From IMG/VR virus record IMGVR_UViG_2541047966_000009: 34,397 nt of DNA; one strand, written 5' to 3'. The notes beneath the pieces were generated by a model. The model did not search any database. It had not been told where the DNA came from and was given only the letters and a program-made list of their open reading frames with translations. Positions 9,218 to 19,336 of the stretch are shown here, in pieces. This stretch comes from a virus (Duplodnaviria; Heunggongvirae; Uroviricota; Caudoviricetes). A program made the translations under genes and the position numbers. Position 1 is the first letter of the stretch; each line of letters begins with the position of its first letter.

Positions 9218-10644
9218 CAGTTGCCCCCTTTCAGGGTTAACAGGTATTCCGAGGTGATTTCAGTCTCAAACGTCAGTCGCTCCAGCGGCGGTGGTGGCGT
9301 ATATTTGTAGCTCAGCAACAGGTGCCCGGCGGCCAGCTCCGTCTCCGGATTGCGGGCCGGATCAAACCAGCAACGGAAGCCCAGTACCGCACCATCACCA
9401 GTCATTTTGCGACCGTAGGCGTTGACCGACTCCGTCAGTGCATCAATCAGCGCCTGAGTAATCGGCATGTCGATGTACTGCTGGCTGAAGTAACGAATGG
9501 ACTCGTTGATCACATCACCGGTGCGGCGAACGTTCTCAAAGTTACGCATATGGGTGACCGTTGGCCATGCTGCCGTCCGGTTACCCCACAGACGAAGGCC
9601 GCTGCCGTAACTGCTGAATACCGTGGTGATCCCCTGTTCGTTAAGCAGGTTCACCTCGCTCTGCGGATCGTCAATCATTGCCGACAGCTGGCGCTCCACG
9701 CCGGTGATCCCCAGAATTTCCTGATTGGAGGATGACCACCAGTACCCTTTGTCCAGGTCGACTTTGGCACGCAGGCCCGCCGCACGCTGGCTCAGTGGCT
9801 CCAGACGCTCCGTGTTCGTCACCGGGTCATATACCTTCACATGCGGGTAGCACAGGCGGACACGGTCAGAGCTGGTATTAAAGTTAATGGTGCCTTCCGG
9901 GCCACGTCCCGCCAGAGCCTGCGCAAAAGTGGTACCAACCGGCGCATCAATATAGGTTACTGCTCCCAGTTTCTCAGCCATGGCGATAAGCTCAACCGAG
10001 ACGCTGTTCTGGGTGCAGAATACCGGAGCAATCAGGATTTTGGCGAAGTAGCCAAACAGGTTAAAACTGTCGTTAAGCAGCTTCATGCCGGTACGGTTGC
10101 CTGCAGCGTTAACGGTACCGATGATATCAGCCGGGGTGACTTTGGTCGGATCAGCATAGTTATAGCTGGCCTTCACCGTTGCATCTGCAGCAATGCTTTT
10201 ACCCAGGTTAGTAATCACCCCGGTCTGTGCATCAAGCGAGTAGTCCTGACCTTCAACATAAGGCTGACCGTCGCTGTCCGGTTTCAGTACCAGCTGCGCG
10301 ACCACCGGATTAGCCAGCCGGGCTCTGCCTGTCGCCTTGTCGAACGACACATTCTCACTGACCACAGCGGTTTTATGCACAGACGGATCGAGTACGTTAA
10401 TGACCAGAACGGTGCCTGCACCATGGTCATAAATCGCATCCAGCGCCTGCGGAATGGTAAAGCCGGTGAACTGGCTGCCAAATGCCGCAGCGTCTTTCTC
10501 AGACAGGCACTGTACCAGCGTATTGACATCCCCCATCGGGGCGGTACCAATCAGGCCAATAACGGCAGATTTCACCGTTTTAACCGGGCGGGCTCCGTTT
10601 TCCACCTCAATGGTTTCGACGCCATGCAGATAGTTAGCTGCCAT
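9217..10644 (-). CDS. contractile tail sheath protein, P2 FI / Mu L-like
   Basis: 475-aa ORF; N-terminus MAANYLHGVETIEVENGARPVKTVKSAVIGLIGTAP matches the sheath N-terminal pattern (HGV..EV..G.R.I..S.A.IG..TA). Confidence 0.8.
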   Translation of the reverse strand: MAANYLHGVETIEVENGARPVKTVKSAVIGLIGTAPMGDVNTLVQCLSEKDAAAFGSQFTGFTIPQALDAIYDHGAGTVLVINVLDPSVHKTAVVSENVSFDKATGRARLANPVVAQLVLKPDSDGQPYVEGQDYSLDAQTGVITNLGKSIAADATVKASYNYADPTKVTPADIIGTVNAAGNRTGMKLLNDSFNLFGYFAKILIAPVFCTQNSVSVELIAMAEKLGAVTYIDAPVGTTFAQALAGRGPEGTINFNTSSDRVRLCYPHVKVYDPVTNTERLEPLSQRAAGLRAKVDLDKGYWWSSSNQEILGITGVERQLSAMIDDPQSEVNLLNEQGITTVFSSYGSGLRLWGNRTAAWPTVTHMRNFENVRRTGDVINESIRYFSQQYIDMPITQALIDALTESVNAYGRKMTGDGAVLGFRCWFDPARNPETELAAGHLLLSYKYTPPPPLERLTFETEITSEYLLTLKGGN

Positions 10645-10888
10645 GGGAGTCCTCCGTTTTCACTTCGCTGTCACTGCTGCTTCTGCGCTTTGGTGACTGC
10701 ACAGCTGGTGTGACGGCGGGTTTAGTATCTTCTGGTACCGGCGTCAGATGCTTCAGCGCCACCAGTACCTTCACGTAGTCATGCTCCTCCGGCAGGGAAA
10801 CCGTCTTCCCCGGCCAGAGCAGGATTTCGGTTCCGTCCGACAGCGTGACGCCGCTGGCCGGGCCGGAATAGCGGTATTCTTTCATCAC
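10634..10888 (-). CDS. small hypothetical virion-module protein
   Basis: 84-aa ORF overlapping sheath start and upstream gene stop; Ser/Pro-rich C-terminus. Confidence 0.45.
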   Translation of the reverse strand: MMKEYRYSGPASGVTLSDGTEILLWPGKTVSLPEEHDYVKVLVALKHLTPVPEDTKPAVTPAVQSPKRRSSSDSEVKTEDSHGS

Positions 10889-11349
10889 TCGCTTTCCTCA
10901 TAGTTCACTTCGGTTAACAGCGGGCCGGACAGTAAATCGCTGTCTTCGATAAAGACGCTTTCAGTCGCGAAGTCGAGGGCGTATTGCCACAGCCCCCTGA
11001 CTTCACCGATAAACACCTCGCGGGTCAGCCAGATACGGCGGCGGCAGCCGGGCGGGGTGTGGCCGCCGAGAATGCGGCGGACAGCATCCAGGACATTAAT
11101 CGCCCCTTTTTTACCGTTGAGCTGGCGGAAGACCACCGTGACGCAGAACTGGATAGTCTGAGACTGGATCACCGCACCGGTATCATCCGGCCTGTCAAAG
11201 CGCGAACCGGCATAGCTCAGCAGCAACGCGCCAACCGGATGGTTCAGGCGATATTCAGCCGGTTTCTCCGGGAAGTACTCCACCTGCAGTTGCGGCAGCT
11301 TCTCGCGTAACCGGGCCAGTACCGCATCAAGGACGGGCAGAACGTTCAT
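10885..11349 (-). CDS. Mu gp37-like head-tail joining/neck region protein
   Basis: 154-aa ORF; position between head completion gene and sheath. Confidence 0.5.
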   Translation of the reverse strand: MNVLPVLDAVLARLREKLPQLQVEYFPEKPAEYRLNHPVGALLLSYAGSRFDRPDDTGAVIQSQTIQFCVTVVFRQLNGKKGAINVLDAVRRILGGHTPPGCRRRIWLTREVFIGEVRGLWQYALDFATESVFIEDSDLLSGPLLTEVNYEESE

Positions 11350-11795
11350 CAGTATTTCTCCAGTAAACCGTCACGACCGCCGAAAGTGGCCGGGCGGCTG
11401 CGTACACGAAACTCGCCAGGCTCAGGCACATCTTTCTGAGTGGACGGCAGCCCCAGCGTGAGCCTGTTATCACGTAACTCCCTGAGTTGCCGCAGCGCTT
11501 CTTTGTGGTCATCCTTCACCGTATCCGGGAGGTCACCTTCCGGGCGGCGGGCGTAGAGCCGGTAACGGACCAGCGTGATGGCAATGTCCCGCAGAACAGT
11601 CGGTATCTCTGCCAGTGGCAGGATATAGCGTCCGCGCAGATGGGCATCAATCAGCTCGTCGGCATAGCGGATACAGCTGTCCACCACACGGGTATTCACT
11701 GTTGCAGGCGAGTCGAAGTCCATCTCTTCACTGGTGAGCTCGATCAGCGTTCGTTCCGGCACCTGCGCAAGCAAATCCTCCAGGGTGCAGTACAT
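11349..11795 (-). CDS. Mu gp36-like head-tail connector region protein
   Basis: Start placed at internal ATG (MYCTLEDLLAQVPERTLIEL...) 1 nt after the upstream TGA stop; the ORF-track start at 11957 is TTG and overlaps the upstream gene. Confidence 0.5.
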   Translation of the reverse strand: MYCTLEDLLAQVPERTLIELTSEEMDFDSPATVNTRVVDSCIRYADELIDAHLRGRYILPLAEIPTVLRDIAITLVRYRLYARRPEGDLPDTVKDDHKEALRQLRELRDNRLTLGLPSTQKDVPEPGEFRVRSRPATFGGRDGLLEKY

Positions 11796-11796
11796 G

Positions 11797-12135
11797 TCAC
11801 ACCCCGCGCAGGATACGAATGACGTCGCCTTCACCCCCGGCTTCATCAAGTGCAATACCACAGGATTTACCGTCGCCGGACTGCGGCACGGCTCTGGCCT
11901 GAGCATCTGACTGAACAGCCACACCACGGCTGACAGCGGCCCCGGCCTCGACAGCAATAATGCCCAGAACGCTCACCGGCGTGCTGTCGCCGGTAACAGC
12001 ATCCACTTCGGCAACCCCGAGCGCTGCGGCACCGGCTTTACAGGGGGTATTATCTGCCCCGACAAAACGCTGCTGTGCCAGTGCGGCCCCTGCCGTTACG
12101 GTTGTGATCAGAATGACCTGCTGAGTGGTTCCCAT
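11797..12135 (-). CDS. Ala/Gly/Val-rich small head protein downstream of major capsid gene (possible decoration protein)
   Basis: 112-aa ORF, low-complexity A/G/V composition, starts 9 nt after the capsid stop. Confidence 0.5.
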   Translation of the reverse strand: MGTTQQVILITTVTAGAALAQQRFVGADNTPCKAGAAALGVAEVDAVTGDSTPVSVLGIIAVEAGAAVSRGVAVQSDAQARAVPQSGDGKSCGIALDEAGGEGDVIRILRGV

Positions 12136-12144
12136 AACGCCTCC

Positions 12145-13098
12145 TTATTTACTGATACCGGTAATGAGATACCCGGCATCGCCACCAACCACGGCGACTT
12201 TGTAGATATCGGTATAACGGCAGTACTTCACCTTGCCGCCGGCTCCGTCGTACTTGTCGGCAACAGGCATCCCCTTACGGCGCAGGGTGTAGCCGAAGGA
12301 CGGCTCGTTCTCGTCCGCGCTGTCCGCCCCCGGCTGCGGCTTGCCGACGTAGTGCAGCATCAGATTGTCTCCCCAGATATCCGTCGGCACGCTGTCCTTA
12401 TCCATTGCCGCTTTCATGGACGGCAGGGAGACAGGAGCACCGATGACGATCTCTTCGATCTGAAAGAGGTCCTGCAGGATCTCCGTGGTGATGCGCTTGC
12501 GTTCGTTGGCTCCGATGGCTGCCTGAATTGCCGGGTGGAACTTCAGCAGCGCCATCACGCTGGCCCCCATGGTCATCAGGTTAGGACGCAGCCCCGTGGT
12601 CGTACGGACCGCTTCCATACCGGCTTCAATTACCCCGATGGGGTCCCCCTTACCACCGGCCCAGCGGTCGCCGGCTGTCAGTTTTTTAACGTGCCCGGTA
12701 CGGTAGACCTTTTCATCCTGAGCCAGACGGGCGGCGATAAGTTCACGGCGCAGATTCACGCCATTCGTGGCGCGACGGATGGCCTTGCTCTCCTCGTTAA
12801 ACATGGACTCCGCCTGTTCGCGATAGTCCACTGGCGCAGCCAGATCGTGCTCACCCAGCACCAGATCAAGCGTGCCGGTTTTCTCACGGACCAGAACATT
12901 GCTGTCCGCCCCGACGGCACGCTCGGTGTCATATTCCACAAAGGCGGTTTTCCCGAAGGTCGGCACACGCACGCCTTCCTTGTCCGTCAGCACGACGGGG
13001 AAAATACGTTCGCCAATGAATGCGGCATTTTTATAGCCTCGGGCGATACTGGTCAGTACCGGATCAACGACACGTTTACCTTTTAAGTAATCAGACAT
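12145..13098 (-). CDS. major capsid protein, Mu gpT-like
   Basis: 317-aa ORF immediately after the protease/scaffold gene; size and synteny match the Mu major head subunit. Confidence 0.75.
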   Translation of the reverse strand: MSDYLKGKRVVDPVLTSIARGYKNAAFIGERIFPVVLTDKEGVRVPTFGKTAFVEYDTERAVGADSNVLVREKTGTLDLVLGEHDLAAPVDYREQAESMFNEESKAIRRATNGVNLRRELIAARLAQDEKVYRTGHVKKLTAGDRWAGGKGDPIGVIEAGMEAVRTTTGLRPNLMTMGASVMALLKFHPAIQAAIGANERKRITTEILQDLFQIEEIVIGAPVSLPSMKAAMDKDSVPTDIWGDNLMLHYVGKPQPGADSADENEPSFGYTLRRKGMPVADKYDGAGGKVKYCRYTDIYKVAVVGGDAGYLITGISK

Positions 13099-13112
13099 GC
13101 TCTCTCCTTAAA

Positions 13113-14228
13113 TTACAGGCAGCGTGCGACAGCAGCCTCATAGCTGATGCCTTCTTTTTTGGACAGGGCCACTGCTTTCTGATGCAGGGCCAGACGCTCA
13201 GGATCGGCTTCCGCAAACTCCGCCACATCCACCTTCACCACGTCGCCGACACGATCCTTTGTGGCCTGTTCGGCGAAGTTCATCACCGGCTCCCCGTCGG
13301 AGAGCAATGAACGGAAGGCGGTGGCCAGCGGTGTGCGGCTTTCCCCCTCAGCAAACTCCACCGGCTTGTCGCCACCGGCGACGGCATCCAGCAGGGCAAC
13401 CACCACAGAGGAGGCGCGGGGAGCCAGACGCCCCTCTGCGACCAGTTTTTCTGCAAAGGCCACATTGTCCTTATGCAGTTGCTCCTGTCTGACCTGTGCA
13501 TCACGCGCATCGCGATCAGCAGCCTGCTGCTTCAGGCGGCGGTTCTCCTCCTGAAGGGCTTCAATCTCTTCTTTTGTCATCGATGATTCCTCGTTACTTG
13601 CGGAAGACGGCCCCGGGCCTGTCTCACTGAATTGTGCACCTGCTGCATCCTGCGACAGTGTGTCGCGGTACGCCTCTTCGCGCAGACTGTTGAGCTGCCA
13701 TTCCGGCAGGACTTTTTCTGCCTCGTCCAGACTGAAGCGGGCGATCAGAAAATCGCGCAGCTTTCCCCACAGGGAGGCATTCGTGATGGCCTGCCAGTCG
13801 GCGAACTCCACCACACCTTCTTCCTGCTCACTGAAGGACACCTGTTTCAGCCCTTTGACGGAAGGTGGCTGTGCCCCGAGAAAGCCCACATGGCGAAGGT
13901 AGAGCACGCCGGGCTTCGGATTGGACGGTGAATCCGGGAGGTAGAAAGAGGCGGACACTTTTTTGAATCGTCCGTCGGTGACCATCTCAGCAAACTGCGG
14001 GTCCAACTGGGCAGGCTCTGCCATCAGATCGACGCCGCTGAGCGACAGGGCTTTCACCCAGCCCCACGCCGGGTCTTCCGTTCTGGGATGACCAATCACG
14101 AGTGGTGCTTCATGGACGGACGGGTCATAGGCTTTCACGCAGGCGGCAAGATCGTCTGGCGTGAACGGCAGTTTTTTGCCGTGCATATCGGTATGAGTAC
14201 CGGCTTTAAAAATGTGAATGGCTGACAT
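13113..14228 (-). CDS. head maturation protease / scaffold, Mu gpI-like
   Basis: 371-aa ORF; acidic, coiled-coil-like C-terminal half (EEIEALQEENRRLKQQAADRDARDAQVRQEQL) typical of scaffold; preceded by 214-bp gap. Confidence 0.65.
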   Translation of the reverse strand: MSAIHIFKAGTHTDMHGKKLPFTPDDLAACVKAYDPSVHEAPLVIGHPRTEDPAWGWVKALSLSGVDLMAEPAQLDPQFAEMVTDGRFKKVSASFYLPDSPSNPKPGVLYLRHVGFLGAQPPSVKGLKQVSFSEQEEGVVEFADWQAITNASLWGKLRDFLIARFSLDEAEKVLPEWQLNSLREEAYRDTLSQDAAGAQFSETGPGPSSASNEESSMTKEEIEALQEENRRLKQQAADRDARDAQVRQEQLHKDNVAFAEKLVAEGRLAPRASSVVVALLDAVAGGDKPVEFAEGESRTPLATAFRSLLSDGEPVMNFAEQATKDRVGDVVKVDVAEFAEADPERLALHQKAVALSKKEGISYEAAVARCL

Positions 14229-14442
14229 TTTGCTGTCCCGCGTTATGTTGTCGGAGACAGTTTGTGAGAAATGCAGGCCCGGCGATTTTAATCTGCTTTA
14301 GAAAACATCAGGGGAGAAGGACAGGGAAAGCAATGCGGTGAACCGGAGGCGGTTATAAAACAGAGGCTGTAAAGCCTTTATAAAGGTAATACAGCCCCTC
14401 ATTCGCTGGCAATGATAAATCACCCGCCTGAAGAGAGAAAAC
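14229..14442 (-). promoter_or_regulatory. intergenic gap inside head operon; candidate internal late promoter
   Basis: Only sizeable non-coding gap in the head gene run; contains nested palindromes (CCTTTATAAAGG; GGCTGTA...TACAGCC); Mu has a late promoter upstream of gene I. Confidence 0.3.
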
Positions 14443-14901
14443 TCAGCGACGGGCCGCTGATTCAAGATGGCGGACAATGGTATCGAGGATGGGGATTACC
14501 ACTTCAGGCTGTAGTTCTCCATCCCCCGTCACCGGCAGGAACGGGCGGGCCGGAAGTTCAACAGACTCATTACGCCCCGTTTTACCCCCGAACTGGTGAA
14601 TGGCACCGTAAACAACGTTGGTCCCCACAACAGCCTGCCGGTCGTCATGGTCGGTTGATACTGACCCCATCAGACGCCCGGTATCCTGCAGTGTCTGCCC
14701 GTCACGTTCTTCCGCTGCCAGCGAGGGCATCCACCCCGGACGCCCCTCATCAAGAAAGTTAAACTGTGTTTCCGCCAGCAGGGTTCCGGCGATTTTGCGC
14801 ATCGCGGGCTCCAGGTCTGTGGCAGCAAGATCCAGCGCACGGAGGCTCCGGCGCAGGGATTTATCGTTAATGGTGATACTGACCAGGTTATCGGAAGCCA
14901 T
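14443..14901 (-). CDS. virion morphogenesis protein, Mu gpG-like
   Basis: 152-aa ORF between F-like and I-like genes. Confidence 0.6.
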   Translation of the reverse strand: MASDNLVSITINDKSLRRSLRALDLAATDLEPAMRKIAGTLLAETQFNFLDEGRPGWMPSLAAEERDGQTLQDTGRLMGSVSTDHDDRQAVVGTNVVYGAIHQFGGKTGRNESVELPARPFLPVTGDGELQPEVVIPILDTIVRHLESAARR

Positions 14902-14903
14902 TG

Positions 14904-15725
14904 TTATCCTCTCAGTTCCTGTTGTGCCAGTGGCTGAAGCGTACCCTGATAGCGGGCCAGGTCGGGACGGTATGCTGCCCCCGGTGCATAAGACCAGCCG
15001 ACGTCGGTGGTCACCTTCGTGGTGCCGGTATTAAAGGTGGCCACGTTCCGCATTTCGCCGGTTTTCTCTGAGACCAGTTTCAGTTCCTGGCCCATGGCAG
15101 AGCCGGAGCTGATAACCTTCAGGCCACGGGCACGGACATCCGCCGCACTCAGGGCAATCACACTACAGCGGCAGCGCCAGCCGTTCGGCGGGTAAAATGC
15201 CTGCCAGAACGGGTCATCCCAGCGCAGCACCAGACCATGCAGCGCCAGATGGCTCCTGCGGGTATGGCTGTCGTTGATGCCGGTATACATCCAGTACGGC
15301 CTGTCGTCGACGTTTTCCATCTGTTCCGCCCAACGACCGGCGCTGTAGAGTACGGACATATTGGTGCGAAAGATGGTATCGAGCCGCCACGGACTGCCCT
15401 GCTGAATGGTGACCGGCTCACCCGTTACCGGGTCAGTCGTGTCACGCGGTCCCCACCATCCCTTGCGCTTCAGCGCCGGCTCCAGCTCCTGTCGGAACCA
15501 GCGTTCGGTTTTTCCTTCATCGACAGCCTGCTGCAGTGCCCCACGAATATCTTCCAGGATATCCAGGCGGGTCACTTTAGCGACGGTAAAGGCGCGGGCA
15601 TGGGCTTCCTGCCACATTTCTTCCCAGTCCCAGGTAATCTGATACCCTTTGGACTTCAGGTAGCTGATTGCCCGCTTCGGGGGAAGCGTCATGCAGTACG
15701 CCAGTTCAGCCGTTGTCACGCTCAT
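14904..15725 (-). CDS. head morphogenesis protein, Mu gpF-like
   Basis: ORF after portal; start chosen at ATG (MSVTTAELAY...) preceded by GGGGG; ORF-track start at 15752 is TTG; start uncertain (alternative ATG ~15692). Confidence 0.6.
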   Translation of the reverse strand: MSVTTAELAYCMTLPPKRAISYLKSKGYQITWDWEEMWQEAHARAFTVAKVTRLDILEDIRGALQQAVDEGKTERWFRQELEPALKRKGWWGPRDTTDPVTGEPVTIQQGSPWRLDTIFRTNMSVLYSAGRWAEQMENVDDRPYWMYTGINDSHTRRSHLALHGLVLRWDDPFWQAFYPPNGWRCRCSVIALSAADVRARGLKVISSGSAMGQELKLVSEKTGEMRNVATFNTGTTKVTTDVGWSYAPGAAYRPDLARYQGTLQPLAQQELRG

Positions 15726-17199
15726 GCAGACGCCCCCAGATATTTGCCACAAAGAGAATGCGGGCCAACCGTTCCTGCAGATCGTCCGTGTTCATCTGAG
15801 GGTAGAGCTCCGCCAGTTCGCCCAGCAGCTCAGACGGGTTAACCCCATTTTCGACCCGCTTAAACAGAGGTGCCAGGACGGGTTCCAGCGTGCTATTTAA
15901 CACACCTCCGTTCATCAGAATGTCCAGCGCGTCGTCAAGCTGCTGTTGTGCATCATGATCGGCGCTTATCGCCTCGGCAAATTCCGCAGGCACTGCCCCG
16001 TCCGCAACCGGTGCATCAGAGAGGTCAATATCCCCCTCCTGCAGCTGGTACTCCCGCATGAAGTACTGCGGGGTCAGGCGCAGTCCCGCGCGGGTGAGTT
16101 TTTCGTCGCGGGTGGCGCGGGTGTCATCAATGGTCTCCTGTTCCCACATGGCCCAGACCGGACACGGCACATCGCCGAAGTTCAGGGTGACCACCGTTCT
16201 GATAACCTGATTCACTGCTGCCTGAATGATGTCCGCATCCGCATCGCGGATATCAGCCGTTACCTCCAGCCCGGCCTGTGCAGAGGCCTTGTTACTGTTC
16301 GCTTCCGTGGTCTGATTCTGACCAAGTAATGCAATGGAGATCTCACTGCGTGACAGTGTGATCAGCTCGCGGAATACCTCGCTGCTGTCCGCCTTACCAT
16401 CCGCGGCTTTGAGTTCGATGCTGCTGTCATCGGGGATGGCGGCCACCGCGTCCTCCACCATCTGCTCCATGGAGTCCAGCAGTTTTTCAATCTCTGCATC
16501 ATTTGCACCCCTCGGGTGCTTACCGATCACCCACGGGGAGCCAAACTTTTCGGCAAAGCGGAGCCAGAATTTCATCCCGCCTTTCTTGAAGGCGACCGGC
16601 CAGAAGCACATGGACAGGTCCGGGAAACCGTAAGGATTGTCATACGAGGCATCCTGTGCCGGCACCACGAATTTTGACGGTGACAGCAGCTCACCCTCCA
16701 CACCCGCATCACGTGCCCGGAAGCGCAGGCAGTTGTCCGTATCAAACTGAAACCACTCAGGCGGTTTACCGACAATATCCGTCACTGCCCACGCCCTGAC
16801 CGAACGGCCCCACATGATTTCACAGGGCTGATACCCGTAGAGCACGGCATCACTCATCTCACCGATGATGCGGGACAGATCCAGATCGTCGAGCATGTCG
16901 CGGATGAAACGGAAGACCCGGGCAGAAGCGTGACCGCGCTCCAGTCCACGCTCCAGTGATTTGAGCGCTGCTTTACGTCTGCGGATACAGCCCCCAACCA
17001 GCGGGTCGGTGCGCAGTTCGCGGTAGATACGGATATCCCGTCCCTGAGCCTTGAGAATGGGATCAGGATTGGGCAGATACATGCCCAGTCCGTAAAAGTC
17101 GATCGCGCGGCTGCGGGAGGCAATCTGCGCGGTCAGTGATTTCTGAGGCTCAGAAAAAGCAACAAATTCATCGGGTGAAACCCAGATACCCCTCGCCAT
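15706..17199 (-). CDS. portal protein, Mu gpH (gp29)-like
   Basis: 497-aa ORF directly after large terminase with overlapping stop/start; size and position. Confidence 0.75.
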   Translation of the reverse strand: MARGIWVSPDEFVAFSEPQKSLTAQIASRSRAIDFYGLGMYLPNPDPILKAQGRDIRIYRELRTDPLVGGCIRRRKAALKSLERGLERGHASARVFRFIRDMLDDLDLSRIIGEMSDAVLYGYQPCEIMWGRSVRAWAVTDIVGKPPEWFQFDTDNCLRFRARDAGVEGELLSPSKFVVPAQDASYDNPYGFPDLSMCFWPVAFKKGGMKFWLRFAEKFGSPWVIGKHPRGANDAEIEKLLDSMEQMVEDAVAAIPDDSSIELKAADGKADSSEVFRELITLSRSEISIALLGQNQTTEANSNKASAQAGLEVTADIRDADADIIQAAVNQVIRTVVTLNFGDVPCPVWAMWEQETIDDTRATRDEKLTRAGLRLTPQYFMREYQLQEGDIDLSDAPVADGAVPAEFAEAISADHDAQQQLDDALDILMNGGVLNSTLEPVLAPLFKRVENGVNPSELLGELAELYPQMNTDDLQERLARILFVANIWGRLHERDNG

Positions 17200-18794
17200 C
17201 AGAATCCCTCCAGCATACGGGCTGCCTGACGACGACAGCGTGAGCTTGCCTTCACCGGCCCTTTGTTAATTTCACGGCTGGCGAAATACGCCAGCGCCAG
17301 TGCGATGGCTGAATCCCCGTGGCGTTTACCACCATCAGCCTTTGCTTTTGAGCGTTGCTCCGGCACGCGGGGGACACCGTTCACCACCTGAACGGCCCGC
17401 AGGTCATCCAGTGTGTCTTCATCCTTTGGTAAGTCCACCAGGTTACCGTCTTCCAGTGCAGCTTTGACCGGAGGCATATGCTCCCGGTACCAGCCTTCGG
17501 TTGGCATCACCTGCTGAACCCGGCTGGAGCCGTAGCGCTGCATGGCGTATTCAGCCAGATAGGCACCATTACCACGGGCATCAAACGCTGCACCCAGCAG
17601 ACCGGGCAGGCCATCCATCAGATACCAGGTAATTTGCTCCTGCTGTCTGAACGGCACGTTACGCAGCTCCAGTACGAATGGCACGCGTCGTACCAGGTTC
17701 TTCTCCTGCAGCAGGGGATAGTCCACCGACAAATCACCGCTACGGCCAAAGTCGCGCCCCAGGAAAGAGCGGGCATCAGTGGGGAGTGCCTCCAGCAATG
17801 GTTTCAGATACTCATCAAGCCAGTCCTGCGTCTCGCGGAAGCGAACCTCATCAGACAGCAGTTCATAACCTTCCTTGCAGGTCAGACGCAATACCGGCGT
17901 ATCAGCGGACATGCGGGACTCTATCAGGGCACGGGACAGCCAGGCACCGCCACCGTTGGCCGGAATACAGTCAAGCTCTTCGGATGCGCCGGCACCGTAG
18001 AATTTGTACACCGATGCCATCCAGGCCTGCTCGGATGCCTCCGACCATTCCTTCCCGGTGCGCAGACAGACACGCCGGAACAGCCCCTCAGATACGGCTT
18101 CCCGGAAAGTGATGCGATGTATGCTGCCTCCCTGACGTCCGGCACGGATATCCCCGATAAGCGTATTGAACGGATTGTCGTCACCGTTATGGGTGGAGAT
18201 AACGCGTACCTTTCCCCCCCAGATAAGCATCGCCAGCGCCGCTTTCAGCAGTTCGTCCAGTTGCTCATGGAACGCCGCTTCGTCGATAACAATAATACCC
18301 TGACGGCCACGCAGGTTAGACGGGCGGCTGGAGAGCGCAACAATACGAAAGCCGGAGTCAGGAAATTTGATGGTGTAAGTCCTGATGTGTTTGTCGTCGT
18401 CGTCCTCTTCCCAGAATCCTTCTTCAATTTCACTGGCCGCATAGTTGAATGCCCGTGCCCACATCGCACACGCCTGAATGTATTCGACGGTCATGTCCTG
18501 GTTATAAGCGATGTAATACACATTCATCCCGCCTGCTGGCGCAGAAGAGGCGGCGGTCAGTACGTTATCGGATGCCTCAGCCCATGTAATACCGGTACGA
18601 CGGCTCTTTTCTATCACCTTAAGCGGAGAGGTGTCTGCCACCCAGCGCTGCTGGTAAGGCAACAGAACGGGAGGGGCATCCAGCGCCGAGGTATCAGGCA
18701 AAACGGGAGCAAGGTTATTCCTCCCGTCCATGGGACTCATCCCTTCGGGGCCGCCGCCAGCGGCGTTTAAAATCACTCCGGATGATTTTGTCAT
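17199..18794 (-). CDS. terminase large subunit
   Basis: 531-aa ORF; ...GRQGIIVIDEAAF... Walker-B-like ATPase segment and acidic nuclease-type segments; follows small-subunit-like gene. Confidence 0.8.
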   Translation of the reverse strand: MTKSSGVILNAAGGGPEGMSPMDGRNNLAPVLPDTSALDAPPVLLPYQQRWVADTSPLKVIEKSRRTGITWAEASDNVLTAASSAPAGGMNVYYIAYNQDMTVEYIQACAMWARAFNYAASEIEEGFWEEDDDDKHIRTYTIKFPDSGFRIVALSSRPSNLRGRQGIIVIDEAAFHEQLDELLKAALAMLIWGGKVRVISTHNGDDNPFNTLIGDIRAGRQGGSIHRITFREAVSEGLFRRVCLRTGKEWSEASEQAWMASVYKFYGAGASEELDCIPANGGGAWLSRALIESRMSADTPVLRLTCKEGYELLSDEVRFRETQDWLDEYLKPLLEALPTDARSFLGRDFGRSGDLSVDYPLLQEKNLVRRVPFVLELRNVPFRQQEQITWYLMDGLPGLLGAAFDARGNGAYLAEYAMQRYGSSRVQQVMPTEGWYREHMPPVKAALEDGNLVDLPKDEDTLDDLRAVQVVNGVPRVPEQRSKAKADGGKRHGDSAIALALAYFASREINKGPVKASSRCRRQAARMLEGF

Positions 18795-19336
18795 GTGGCA
18801 ATCCCCAGAATCTCGCGACGAAGCGCCTGTACTGCGTCGCTTGACAGTCCCCCCTTACGGGCAATTTTCTCGGCGTTGCTGGCTGCCTGCTGCGCTCTGG
18901 CCCGTACTTCAGACTGGAACTTTTTGAGGTTGACGGACGCGCGGGACAGCGTAGCCACATTCTTCGCCACCTTCGACAGCAGGGCCACGCGTTCTTTAGG
19001 ATCGACTTCGCCTTCTTCCGCCTCCTGCAACTGGACAATACTCTCGAACAGCTCGGTCTGAATAAGGGCTATCACAGCCTCCGAACGCGCATCCTGATCG
19101 TCTGCTGCGCCTTCGGTCAGCATGCGGGCCGCTTCTGTTGCCGCACGGATAGCACCATAGCGGCGCTCAATCTTCTGTCCATAGCGATGGATAGCGGATT
19201 TGCTGATGACGTACCCCCGCTCACGCAGCAGGGACTCCAGCTCGTTATACCCGCTGAAGCCGGATTCAGTCAGCGCCCGTTCAAGCCAGCGGCGCACGTC
19301 TTCCGGCAGCTTTTCTATTGTGCTGCGTCTGGCCAT
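18791..19336 (-). CDS. terminase small subunit-like protein, Mu gp27-like
   Basis: 181-aa ORF overlapping the large terminase start; basic N-terminus with coiled-coil C-terminal half. Confidence 0.55.
   Translation of the reverse strand: MARRSTIEKLPEDVRRWLERALTESGFSGYNELESLLRERGYVISKSAIHRYGQKIERRYGAIRAATEAARMLTEGAADDQDARSEAVIALIQTELFESIVQLQEAEEGEVDPKERVALLSKVAKNVATLSRASVNLKKFQSEVRARAQQAASNAEKIARKGGLSSDAVQALRREILGIAT

Noticed and set aside
9841-10713. 290-aa plus-strand ORF
   Set aside because: Antisense within the tail sheath gene.
12352-13086. 244-aa plus-strand ORF
   Set aside because: Antisense within the major capsid gene; an artefact of GC-rich DNA.
17478-18770. 430-aa plus-strand ORF
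   Set aside because: Lies entirely antisense within the large terminase gene, whose product has a clear ATPase/nuclease architecture.
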